Below, in pieces: positions 53,229-64,000 of a stretch of DNA of 64,000 nt. Position numbers and translations under genes: made by a program. The stretch lies in the NCBI GenBank assembly GCA_040380025.1, contig JBEIJY010000008.1, positions 1-64,000 on the forward strand, written 5' to 3'. Below the pieces are notes generated by a model. It had not been told where the DNA came from. It saw nothing but the letters and a program-made list of their open reading frames with translations, and made no database searches. Source of the DNA: Bdellovibrionales bacterium. GTDB taxonomy: Bacteria; Bdellovibrionota; UBA1018; CAIMNF01. How positions within the stretch are numbered: position 1 is the stretch's first letter; the number at the start of each line of letters is the position of its first letter.

Positions 53229-55301
53229 TCAGTCCCGCTTCTTCACGTCGCCGCGGGCGAAGATGCTCGCGACAAAATTCAGCACATCGGTGGCGGAGAT
53301 CTCGTCATACCCGAAGTACTTGATCAGCCGTGACTTCACGACGTCGATTTTTTCCTGGGTGGCGCGATCGACCACATTCGACACCAGGCTCGTGAGCTTG
53401 ATCGTGTCCTTCTGGTCCTCGAAGAGCTTCAGCTCGAGGGCCTTGTGAAGCCGCTCGTTCGTCTTGTAATCGAAGGTCTTTCCCTCGATCGCAAGCGCGC
53501 CGATGTAGTTCATGATCTCGCGCCGGAAGTCGTCCTTGCGGCTCTCGGGGATGTCGATCTTCTCTTCGATCGAGCGCATGAGGCGCTCATCGCATTCCTC
53601 GTCCATTCCGGTGTATTTGTTACGGATCTTCTCGCGCTGGGTATAGGCCTTGACGTTGTCGATGTAATTCCCGCAGAGCTTCGCAATCGCGTCCTCGTCC
53701 GCCGAGATCGCGCGCTGGACCTCGTTCTTGACGATGTCCTCGTACTCCTGCTTCACGAGACCGATCAGGTCGCGGTACTCCCGGCGTCGCTCCTCGCTTG
53801 CGATCAGCGCATGGTTCTTCAGACCGCTTTCGAGCTCGTTCAGGATCATGAACGGATTCACACAAGGGATCTCGCTCTTCACGATCGCGTTCGAGATTTT
53901 ATCCTGCACATAGCGCGGGGAAACCCCGTCGAGTCCTTCGCGCACGGCTTCCTTGCGGAGCTCCTTCACATTCTCTTCGGTGAAGCCGGAGAGGGTCTTT
54001 CCGTCATAGAGCTTGAGCTTCTGCACGAGCGAGATGTTCGCCTTCTTCGGATGCTCGAGCCGGGTCAGGATCGCCCACATCGCCGCCACCTCGATGGTGT
54101 GGGGAGCGATGCTTTTTCCGCGGATCTTCTGGGCATTGAAATCCTTCTCGTAGATCTTGATCTCGTGCTTCAGCTTCGTGATGTACGGAACGTCGATCTT
54201 GACCGTCCGGTCGCGGAGCGCCTCCATGAACTCGTTGTTCTGGAGCTTCCGGAACTCGGGCTCGTTCGTGTGACCGATGATAACCTCGTCGATGTCGGTC
54301 TGGGCGAATTTTTTGGGCTTGATCTTGTGCTCCTGCGAGGCGGTCAGAAGATCGTACAGGAACGCCACATCGAGTTTCAGGACCTCGATGAACTCGATCA
54401 CACCGCGGTTCGCGACGCAGAATTCCCCGTCGAAATTGAACGCGCGGGGGTCGGAGTCGGAGCCGTACTCGGCGATCTTGCGATAGTTGATGTCCCCGGT
54501 GAGCTCGGTAGAATCCTGGTTTTTCTCATCCTTGGGCTGGAAGGTCCCGATCCCGAGACGGTCTTTCTCGGAGAGCGCGATGCGGACCACCTTGATGTGG
54601 TTCGAAACCACTTGCGCCCAGTCGCCCTTGTAGCGTTTGAGCAGCTCGCGCATCACGAAGCGCGACGCCGGATCGACATCGCCCTTCACCACGACCTTGT
54701 ACTCGCTTTTGGATCCCTTGTTGATTTCCGCGAGCACTTTCGCCCTCATTTCTTCGGGAATGAGCTTCAGCGGGTCCTCATGCATGGGCGACATCATCTC
54801 GGTCGCACCCCCGAAGAGCGGCTCGCCCTTCCCGGTCGGATCGATCCACTTGAAGGAATATAGGGCTCCGGCATCGGTACGGGAGTACTGCTCGATCCCC
54901 TTCTTCAGGAGTCGGGCGATGGTGGATTTTGCGGACCCCACCGGGCCGTGCAACAAAAGAACCCGCTTCTCGGTGCCGTAGCCGTAGGCCGCCGATTTGA
55001 AAAAATTGACGAGCTTCATAAGCTGGACGTCGAGTCCGAAGACTGCGTCCTTTCCGTGATCGATCGGATCGTCAAAGAACTTGTAGCGCGTGATTTCCTT
55101 GCGATACTCGACGAAATTCTCGGTTCCCCACGACAAAACCATGTCGTACATGCGTTGGAACGCGTTCCGGGAGACGCTGGGATTCCGCTTCACCAATTCC
55201 AGATATTCAAAGAAGTTCCCTTCCCAGTTCAAATTCTGGAATTCTTCCTTCGATTGGATTTGATTGAGATATTCTGACCACCCTTGAGCCGTTTGAGTCA
55301 T
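53229..55301 (-). CDS. prkA: PrkA/YeaG family serine kinase/AAA+ ATPase
   Basis: [51 protein letters not shown]. Confidence 0.93.
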   Translation of the reverse strand: MTQTAQGWSEYLNQIQSKEEFQNLNWEGNFFEYLELVKRNPSVSRNAFQRMYDMVLSWGTENFVEYRKEITRYKFFDDPIDHGKDAVFGLDVQLMKLVNFFKSAAYGYGTEKRVLLLHGPVGSAKSTIARLLKKGIEQYSRTDAGALYSFKWIDPTGKGEPLFGGATEMMSPMHEDPLKLIPEEMRAKVLAEINKGSKSEYKVVVKGDVDPASRFVMRELLKRYKGDWAQVVSNHIKVVRIALSEKDRLGIGTFQPKDEKNQDSTELTGDINYRKIAEYGSDSDPRAFNFDGEFCVANRGVIEFIEVLKLDVAFLYDLLTASQEHKIKPKKFAQTDIDEVIIGHTNEPEFRKLQNNEFMEALRDRTVKIDVPYITKLKHEIKIYEKDFNAQKIRGKSIAPHTIEVAAMWAILTRLEHPKKANISLVQKLKLYDGKTLSGFTEENVKELRKEAVREGLDGVSPRYVQDKISNAIVKSEIPCVNPFMILNELESGLKNHALIASEERRREYRDLIGLVKQEYEDIVKNEVQRAISADEDAIAKLCGNYIDNVKAYTQREKIRNKYTGMDEECDERLMRSIEEKIDIPESRKDDFRREIMNYIGALAIEGKTFDYKTNERLHKALELKLFEDQKDTIKLTSLVSNVVDRATQEKIDVVKSRLIKYFGYDEISATDVLNFVASIFARGDVKKRD

Positions 55302-55516
55302 TCTGATTCCGCCCTCTTCTCTGTCGTTCAGTGTATCGGGGGAACGGTCCAGCGTCCAAAAAAAACCCCCCGCGCACCGCAATAAAATACCAACACAGGC
55401 CCCTCCCCGGTAACGCACCGAGCTACGACGAGCCGAGCCCCCCGCGAGGATTTCAGTTTTTTTGAGAGAATTCGTAGACTTCGGCCTCCTTTTTGTTCAC
55501 ACTGAGCGGGAACATC

Positions 55517-56276
55517 ATGAGCTTTTTTGCCAACCTCCGTTTCGACGGCGCTTTGGTCTCGGACATCGGAACCAAACGAGAAAAAAATCAGGATTACGGA
55601 CTCTGCCTTCCGGAAGAGGGTCTTTTTGTCGTTGCAGATGGAATGGGTGGCCATCAGGGGGGCGAGATCGCAAGCAAGATCTGCGTCGAAACCTTGCATC
55701 AGGTTCTTGCCGACAGCGCCAAAGACGGAGAACCCGCATCCGAAACCCTGATCGTCGCGCTCCGGACAGCAAACCGCGCCATTTATGAAAAATCGCTTCA
55801 AGATCCCTCCCTGAAAGGAATGGGAACCACCCTGACCGCACTTCAGGTTCGAGGGCAACACGCCACCATTCTGCAAGTGGGCGACAGCAGGGCGTACTTC
55901 TGGAATCGCTCCGGGATCTGGCAGATCACCCGCGACCATTCTTACGTCCAAGAAAAGATCCGCGCCGGGTTGATTCACCGTGATCAAGAAAAAACCGATG
56001 AAATGCGGAATTTCATCACCCGCTCGGTGGGATATGAGCTTGATGTTTCGGGCGATCTTTTCGGGATGGCCATCGAGGACGGGGGACGGGTTCCTTCTCT
56101 GCTCGGACGGGCTCTCGGGAGCTCTGGATGATGATTTGATCCATGAACTTCTGCGGAACGGGGATTCTGCGGGACTTCCGCTGGAAGAAACGGCAAAACG
56201 ACTGGTGGCGGCGGCCAACGCCCTGAGCGGCGATGACAACGTGACCGTGGTACTCGCGAAGGCAAGAGCGGTGTGA
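55517..56276 (+). pseudogene. PP2C (Stp1/PrpC) Ser/Thr phosphatase with +1 frameshift (real or sequencing error)
   Basis: REKNQD, VADGMGG, MGTT, VGDSRAY in one frame; LLCSDGL and DNVT in another; G5 run at 56081-56085. Confidence 0.85.
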
Positions 56277-56279
56277 GCG

Positions 56280-57203
56280 ATGGCGAACCGATTTTACACT
56301 GTCCTGATCATTCCTGAAAACTCGGCCCGACCGAGACAGATCCACGTTCCGGTATGGGCCCTCCGAGCGGGACTCGTGATCCTCCCCGTGCTTTTCCTGA
56401 TCGCCGTCACGCTGTTCCTCGACTACCGGTTCGTGGCAAGCCAGGTGTACGAGAACCGTGAACTCCAATCCGAAAACCGGAGGCTCCGCCAGAGCGTGCA
56501 GTTGTACCAAAGCCGGATGGAGGCGATGGAATCGAGCATCGACCGCATCGAAAGTTTTTCGGCACGCCTCCGGATGATCACCAATCTGATGGACAAAGAC
56601 GAGCTTTCCCGCCACATCGAACTCCCTCCTCCCGATGCGGCGACCAATCTTTCGTTTCCCTCGGCACCGGGAACCGCGGGCGAAGAACCCTCGCTTGCCG
56701 GCAAAGAAGACCGCTCTTTCGAAGACCTGAGCCTGAAAGCCCTGACCCTCGAGCAAAACCTGCATGATCTGTACGAACTGCTCTCGGATCAAAAATCCTT
56801 TTTGAACGCCCTCCCCACCCTGAAACCCGCGGATGGCTACTTCACCTCGGGCTTCGGCGTGCGACTCTCGCCGCTCGGAGAATCCGTCGAAAAAATGCAC
56901 GAAGGCCTCGACATCGCGAATGCCGTCGGAACCCCGATCAAGGCGCCCGCACAGGGAACCGTCGTTTTTGCTGGAAAAAAATCGGGGTACGGGCAAATCG
57001 TGATTCTCGATCATGGCTACGGACTCGAAACTTGGTACGGACACACCTCGCGCGTCTTGGTCCGCTCGGGCTCGAAAGTCCGGCGGGGGCAATCGATCGC
57101 GCTGATCGGCAATTCGGGACAATCCACAGGAGCTCACCTTCATTACGAGGTGCGGGTTCACGGGATTCCCGTGGATCCGCTCGCCTACATTCTTGAAAAC
57201 TGA
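56280..57203 (+). CDS. M23 family metallopeptidase with TM and coiled coil
   Basis: HEGLD and HLH Zn ligands; GYG..V..DHG; VDP. Confidence 0.92.
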   Translation: MANRFYTVLIIPENSARPRQIHVPVWALRAGLVILPVLFLIAVTLFLDYRFVASQVYENRELQSENRRLRQSVQLYQSRMEAMESSIDRIESFSARLRMITNLMDKDELSRHIELPPPDAATNLSFPSAPGTAGEEPSLAGKEDRSFEDLSLKALTLEQNLHDLYELLSDQKSFLNALPTLKPADGYFTSGFGVRLSPLGESVEKMHEGLDIANAVGTPIKAPAQGTVVFAGKKSGYGQIVILDHGYGLETWYGHTSRVLVRSGSKVRRGQSIALIGNSGQSTGAHLHYEVRVHGIPVDPLAYILEN

Positions 57204-57227
57204 ACAAAACGCAACGGAGACGAATTC

Positions 57228-59942
<2,715 letters not shown>

Positions 59943-59971
59943 GAGCCACACACAAAAATGGGAGCAGGATC

Positions 59972-60853
59972 ATGAACGAAAACGGGGACCCTCCTGAGAA
60001 AAAAGATCTGACCTCTCTCATGGATCTGCCGCTTTTGCCTGCTTCGGAACCTGCTTCGGAGCCCGTGCCCGAGACTCCGCAGGATGCGGGAATGGATTTT
60101 TCTTTCGACGCTCCTCCTGCGGAAGCCCATCTTGAAGCGCTTGATCCCCCCGTGGAATCCTCGCCTGACCCTTCCCTGCCGGACCCCCTGAAGCCCGATC
60201 CAGGCGTGCTGGATCAGATCCGGGACTACGGAGAGGCGGCCAAAGAAGCTCCCTTTGATCCGGGCATCCGGAATCCCTTTGATTTTCGCGCGAGCGGGGA
60301 TTTCGATGCCTATGCCCGCGACAAGTTGTTACTGTTCATCACCGAAAATCCGATCGGTCTGAGTTCGGATGAGCTTGATCTGCAAATTCGCGCGGGAAGA
60401 GTGTTCTTTCCGCGGATCAGCGAATTCTCGGGAATCAAGCTCATCCAGGAGCTTCGGGATTCCGGCCTGTCTTTCTCGCTCAAACCATCCCGAAACGAGG
60501 ATCAGGCCTCGCCTCCGGAACAAGACCTGCGTTTTCACCACGATTCATCCGCGCCCGCGCCGGCCACAACCGACCTTCCCGTGCTTTCTCCGGGGCTTTA
60601 CGATCCGGCCGAGTATCTTGTGCTCGATTCCATCCGGATCGTGCAGTATCTCCGGGCGGAGATCCTCGAACTCGAGAAGTCCGAGCTCCTGCAAGACCTT
60701 CTCGACCGCATGACCGAAGGACTCAAACGAAGGGCCCTACGAAAAGGGGCGAATGCGCTGACCTCGCTCGAGCATCAGATCACCCCGCTCCGGCTCCCCT
60801 CCCAATACCAGATCGAAATCAGTGCGAGCCTTCTGAAACGGCGGGACCCATGA
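59972..60853 (+). CDS. Hypothetical protein with acidic Pro-rich N-terminus and possible YbjQ-like C-terminus
   Basis: Sits between secA and dapF with ATGA coupling to dapF; LKRRA..KGANA pattern. Confidence 0.65.
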   Translation: MNENGDPPEKKDLTSLMDLPLLPASEPASEPVPETPQDAGMDFSFDAPPAEAHLEALDPPVESSPDPSLPDPLKPDPGVLDQIRDYGEAAKEAPFDPGIRNPFDFRASGDFDAYARDKLLLFITENPIGLSSDELDLQIRAGRVFFPRISEFSGIKLIQELRDSGLSFSLKPSRNEDQASPPEQDLRFHHDSSAPAPATTDLPVLSPGLYDPAEYLVLDSIRIVQYLRAEILELEKSELLQDLLDRMTEGLKRRALRKGANALTSLEHQITPLRLPSQYQIEISASLLKRRDP

Positions 60854-61638
60854 GCGCCGCCATTCCGTTCCACAAGTACCAAAGCACCGGAAATGACTTC
60901 ATCCTGATCGACAACCGGCGGGGCGAATTCCGTCTGACGCGTGCCGAGATCGCACGTCTCTGCAACCGGCGTTTCGGCATCGGAGCGGATGGCCTGATCC
61001 TGTTGAATAGCTCGAATGAGTTCGATTTCGAGATGCGGAACTTCAATTCGGATGGCGGCGAGTGCAGCATGTGCGGAAACGGGGGCCGCGCGTTGATCCG
61101 CTTCGCGATGGACCTCGGCATCGAGAAAGACCGCTTCCGTTTTCTCGCGATCGACGGAGAGCACGAGGCTGCGGTCCGCAAGGACGGTTGGATCGAACTC
61201 CGGATGCGAGATGTGAATCAGGTGATCGAGACTCCGGTCGGACCCACGCTCGACACCGGGTCACCCCATTTGGTGGTCAAGGTCGGAAATTTACTTCAGT
61301 TCGACACGGTTCGCGAGGGGCGCAACCTTCGAAACTCCCCCCTCTTCCTTCCGGGCGGGATCAATGCGAATTTTTATGAAATCCGGGACGGAATGCTCTT
61401 TCTTCGCACCTACGAGCGCGGCGTCGAGGACGAGACCCTCTCGTGCGGCACGGGAGCGATTGCAACCGCGATCATCCTTCACCGGCACGAGGAATGCATC
61501 ACCGGAAGCGCCCAGGAAGTGCCCGTACACTGCCAGGGCGGAGAGCTCCGGGTCCGGTTTACGCGGGTGTCCGCGGAATCCTTCCGCGAGATCTGGCTGA
61601 TCGGGCCATCCATCAAAACGTTCGAGGGCAGGATATGA
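60850..61638 (+). CDS. dapF: Diaminopimelate epimerase
   Basis: GNDF, GIGADG, MCGNG, TGSPH, ERGV..ETLSCGTG. Confidence 0.95.
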   Translation: MSAAIPFHKYQSTGNDFILIDNRRGEFRLTRAEIARLCNRRFGIGADGLILLNSSNEFDFEMRNFNSDGGECSMCGNGGRALIRFAMDLGIEKDRFRFLAIDGEHEAAVRKDGWIELRMRDVNQVIETPVGPTLDTGSPHLVVKVGNLLQFDTVREGRNLRNSPLFLPGGINANFYEIRDGMLFLRTYERGVEDETLSCGTGAIATAIILHRHEECITGSAQEVPVHCQGGELRVRFTRVSAESFREIWLIGPSIKTFEGRI

Positions 61639-62450
61639 TCTCCATCCACGAATCCATCCAGCAATTCCAGTCGCAGATTCTTCTTCAAGCCCCGCTTCTC
61701 CTGATGAAGATCCTTGGCGCATTCGCCCTTTGGGCCGGCGCGGGAGTTCTGATCCGAGGACTCCGGAAGCTCCTTGTGCGAGGACTCGAGCGAAGAAAAG
61801 TCGATGCAACCCTGACCGTCTACGCTGGCCATACCCTGGGCTTTGGTCTTCGGCTCTTCACGATCTTCATCATCCTCGGAATCTTCGGCATCGAGACCAC
61901 CTCCTTTTCGGCAGTCATTGCTGCCGCAGGTGTGGCGATCGGTGTGGCATGGTCCGGGCTCCTCTCGAACTTTGCTGCCGGGATTTTTCTGATCCTCTTC
62001 CGTCCCTTCAAACTCGGCGACACGATCATGGCGGCGGGAGTGACCGGAGTGGTGCGCGAAATCGGTCTTTTTGCGACTCTGATCGACAGCGGTGAGAACC
62101 TCTGCCATTTCGTCGGAAACAACAAGCTCTTCAGCGACAACATCCTGAACTACAGCAAGAATCCGACCCGCATCGCCCAATTCAAAGTCCAGCTTCCCCA
62201 TGGGGTCGACACGGAGCATGCGATCTCCCGCTTCGTCTCTGCGATCTCCTCGATCGAGGGAATGGGCAAGGATCAACCGGTTACGGGGGAAATCCTGGAA
62301 TTCAATCCCGCGGGGCCGGTGATCCAGATCCGCGCCGCCTGCCGGACCGCCGTCCATGGTTCGGTGGTTGCCGAGGGGAACCGCAAGATCGCGGGGGTTT
62401 TTCGTGCGGAGGGATACTTGTTTCCCTCACCCTACCGGCGCGAGCCGTAA
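61635..62450 (+). CDS. Small-conductance mechanosensitive channel (MscS family)
   Basis: Three TM segments; LSNFAAG..L..FRPFKLGD; GVVREIG. Confidence 0.9.
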   Translation: MISIHESIQQFQSQILLQAPLLLMKILGAFALWAGAGVLIRGLRKLLVRGLERRKVDATLTVYAGHTLGFGLRLFTIFIILGIFGIETTSFSAVIAAAGVAIGVAWSGLLSNFAAGIFLILFRPFKLGDTIMAAGVTGVVREIGLFATLIDSGENLCHFVGNNKLFSDNILNYSKNPTRIAQFKVQLPHGVDTEHAISRFVSAISSIEGMGKDQPVTGEILEFNPAGPVIQIRAACRTAVHGSVVAEGNRKIAGVFRAEGYLFPSPYRREP

Positions 62451-63572
62451 AACACGATTTTCGACGTCGATCACGATCGCCGAGCAGTCCTCCCCCGGGA
62501 AGGTCTCGCCCGGGCTCAGCTTCGAGCGGATCCGGAAGGCAAGATCATTCACAAGAAGGAACGGATCCTGCTCCGGATTTCCGCAGAACAGGCGCGCCAT
62601 TTCGTGCTCCCCTCCCGCTCCCGAGACGAAGCCGTCCGAAAGAAGGACCAGTCGATCCTTGGGCTCAAGACGCACCACAAACTCTTCGTCGGAAGACGGC
62701 GCGAATGCGTTATTGACCGCGGGGCCGTGCTTCCTTAGGCGGGTTCCCCCGCCGTTCCGGTCGATCAGGAACGACTCGATCGATCCATGAAGCTGATAAT
62801 GCAGCGAGAAATCCCTGCGATTCAGACGTCCGAAGAAAATGCTGAAATGGCCCTGATCTCCGAGCGTGGTTTTCAGCTCGGCATGGATTGCGCGCACCCA
62901 ATGCGCGGGCGACAGATTCGCGGAACCCGCGATGCGGGCCGAACTCGACAGAATCATCCCGAGCAACGCCGAGGAAATCCCGTAGCTCGACGAATCGACG
63001 AGCAGGAAGTTCACAAAGTCCTTCCGGTCCGACTCGAAAACATCGAAATAATCGCCTCCCGGCTTCAATCCCGAGAGATGCTTGCTCATCACCTGAATTC
63101 CCTTCAGGCCGGTGAAGCGCCGCGGAGTCCTCTCCCGGAGAATCCTCTCCAGAAGCGAGTTTGCGTCCTTGAGATCCTCCATGGTGAGCCCCGACTCCTC
63201 GATCAGGGATTCCGCGGTGCGCTTGTAATGATGATGGCGGAGCACGCTCATCAATTCAGCGGTCCGGAACGGGCTCACCAGAAGATCATCCACGAGGACA
63301 AGATCACGCGCCTCGGGAATGAACCGGGACTCATCCAGAACCAGAATCAGGGACTTGCCGTCTCGCTCCAATCCTCCGGCCCAGCCCCGCCAATCCTCCC
63401 GGCCGGAGTCGATCAGGATCATCTCTCCGATCTCGTCCCGTGCCGAAACCACGAAAACGCCTTCCTCCATCCCCGCAGCCCGCAAATGAGTGCGGATCTC
63501 GGAGATCCAGAGCGTCTCGGTTCCGGGATCGCGGGCATGAATGCTGATTTTGAACGGTCCGCTCCGACTCAT
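62427..63572 (-). CDS. SpoIIE/RsbU-type PP2C domain protein with degenerate receiver-like N-terminus
   Basis: GGDYFD, LLVDSSSYG, LLSDG, EDCS; N-terminal ILID...DDLLVSPF. Confidence 0.75.
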   Translation of the reverse strand: MSRSGPFKISIHARDPGTETLWISEIRTHLRAAGMEEGVFVVSARDEIGEMILIDSGREDWRGWAGGLERDGKSLILVLDESRFIPEARDLVLVDDLLVSPFRTAELMSVLRHHHYKRTAESLIEESGLTMEDLKDANSLLERILRERTPRRFTGLKGIQVMSKHLSGLKPGGDYFDVFESDRKDFVNFLLVDSSSYGISSALLGMILSSSARIAGSANLSPAHWVRAIHAELKTTLGDQGHFSIFFGRLNRRDFSLHYQLHGSIESFLIDRNGGGTRLRKHGPAVNNAFAPSSDEEFVVRLEPKDRLVLLSDGFVSGAGGEHEMARLFCGNPEQDPFLLVNDLAFRIRSKLSPGETFPGEDCSAIVIDVENRVLRLAPVG

Positions 63573-63576
63573 GCCC

Positions 63577-64000
63577 TTACCTCGCCTTCGTGACCGGTTC
63601 CCGGTCTCTCGTGTTCTTGTCCTGGAAGAAAATCTTGTACTGGAGTGCGATCCGCGAATCCGTAGAATTGACGCCCGCAAAGGGACTCGGCTCGCTGTAG
63701 TAGGCAAGATTGATCTCGCTGCTCTCGCTTAGGTAGCCGATTCCGGCGCTCGGTCTGGTGCGATCGAGTCCGAACCGGACTGCGACGGCCGGACTCAGAC
63801 TGAAGTCCACCCCGAAACCAAGGCGTTCCGCGAGATTCATTCCGGTCTTGCCGAAGACATCCCTCGCCTGAAAGTACCAAAAAGACTTGGTCGGGCCCGA
63901 AATCCTGGTCATGAAATGAAAAGCCGCATCCACCGTCATCTCCTGGGACGGCGGAGCGCCCGTCGAGTTCTGTGCGCGGCTCATGAGGGCTCCCGACTGA
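63577..64000 (-). CDS. 3' part of a probable outer-membrane beta-strand protein running off the window
   Basis: Frame open to the window edge; alternating strand pattern LGFGVDF, VRFGL, AGIGY, INLAY. Confidence 0.5.
   Translation of the reverse strand, partial: QSGALMSRAQNSTGAPPSQEMTVDAAFHFMTRISGPTKSFWYFQARDVFGKTGMNLAERLGFGVDFSLSPAVAVRFGLDRTRPSAGIGYLSESSEINLAYYSEPSPFAGVNSTDSRIALQYKIFFQDKNTRDREPVTKAR

Noticed and set aside
55375..55395. sigma54-like TTGGTATTTTATTGC upstream of prkA
   Set aside because: GG to GC spacing is 9 nt rather than the required 10

Overview
A gene-dense, mostly GC-rich bacterial chromosome segment with about 58 CDS and no rRNA, tRNA, CRISPR array or mobile element that I could recognise. 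The gene content (Glt-type gliding cluster, orphan FliG-C protein, many secreted hydrolases and lipoproteins) suggests a Bdellovibrionota/Myxococcota-like organism (inference). Housekeeping genes include nrdBA, nrdJ, rpsT, pyrE, ihfB, fadBA, fabI, fabH, cysE, ppk1, secA, dapF and a prkA-yeaH-spoVR operon. Most notable observations: (1) a secreted GH1 enzyme that matches plant SFR2 galactolipid galactosyltransferase motif by motif (from recall); (2) a compact Glt operon followed by a tandem GYF_2-PilZ protein with intact c-di-GMP motifs; (3) a recurring pattern of -10 boxes 6-8 nt before SD-less start codons, suggesting widespread leaderless mRNAs; (4) a low-GC patch with a split OmpA-like secreted protein; (5) small-indel frameshifts in yeaH and a PP2C phosphatase flanking prkA; (6) catalytically degenerate UDG-like and M23-like proteins. 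All family assignments come from motif recognition by eye; no database searches were run.
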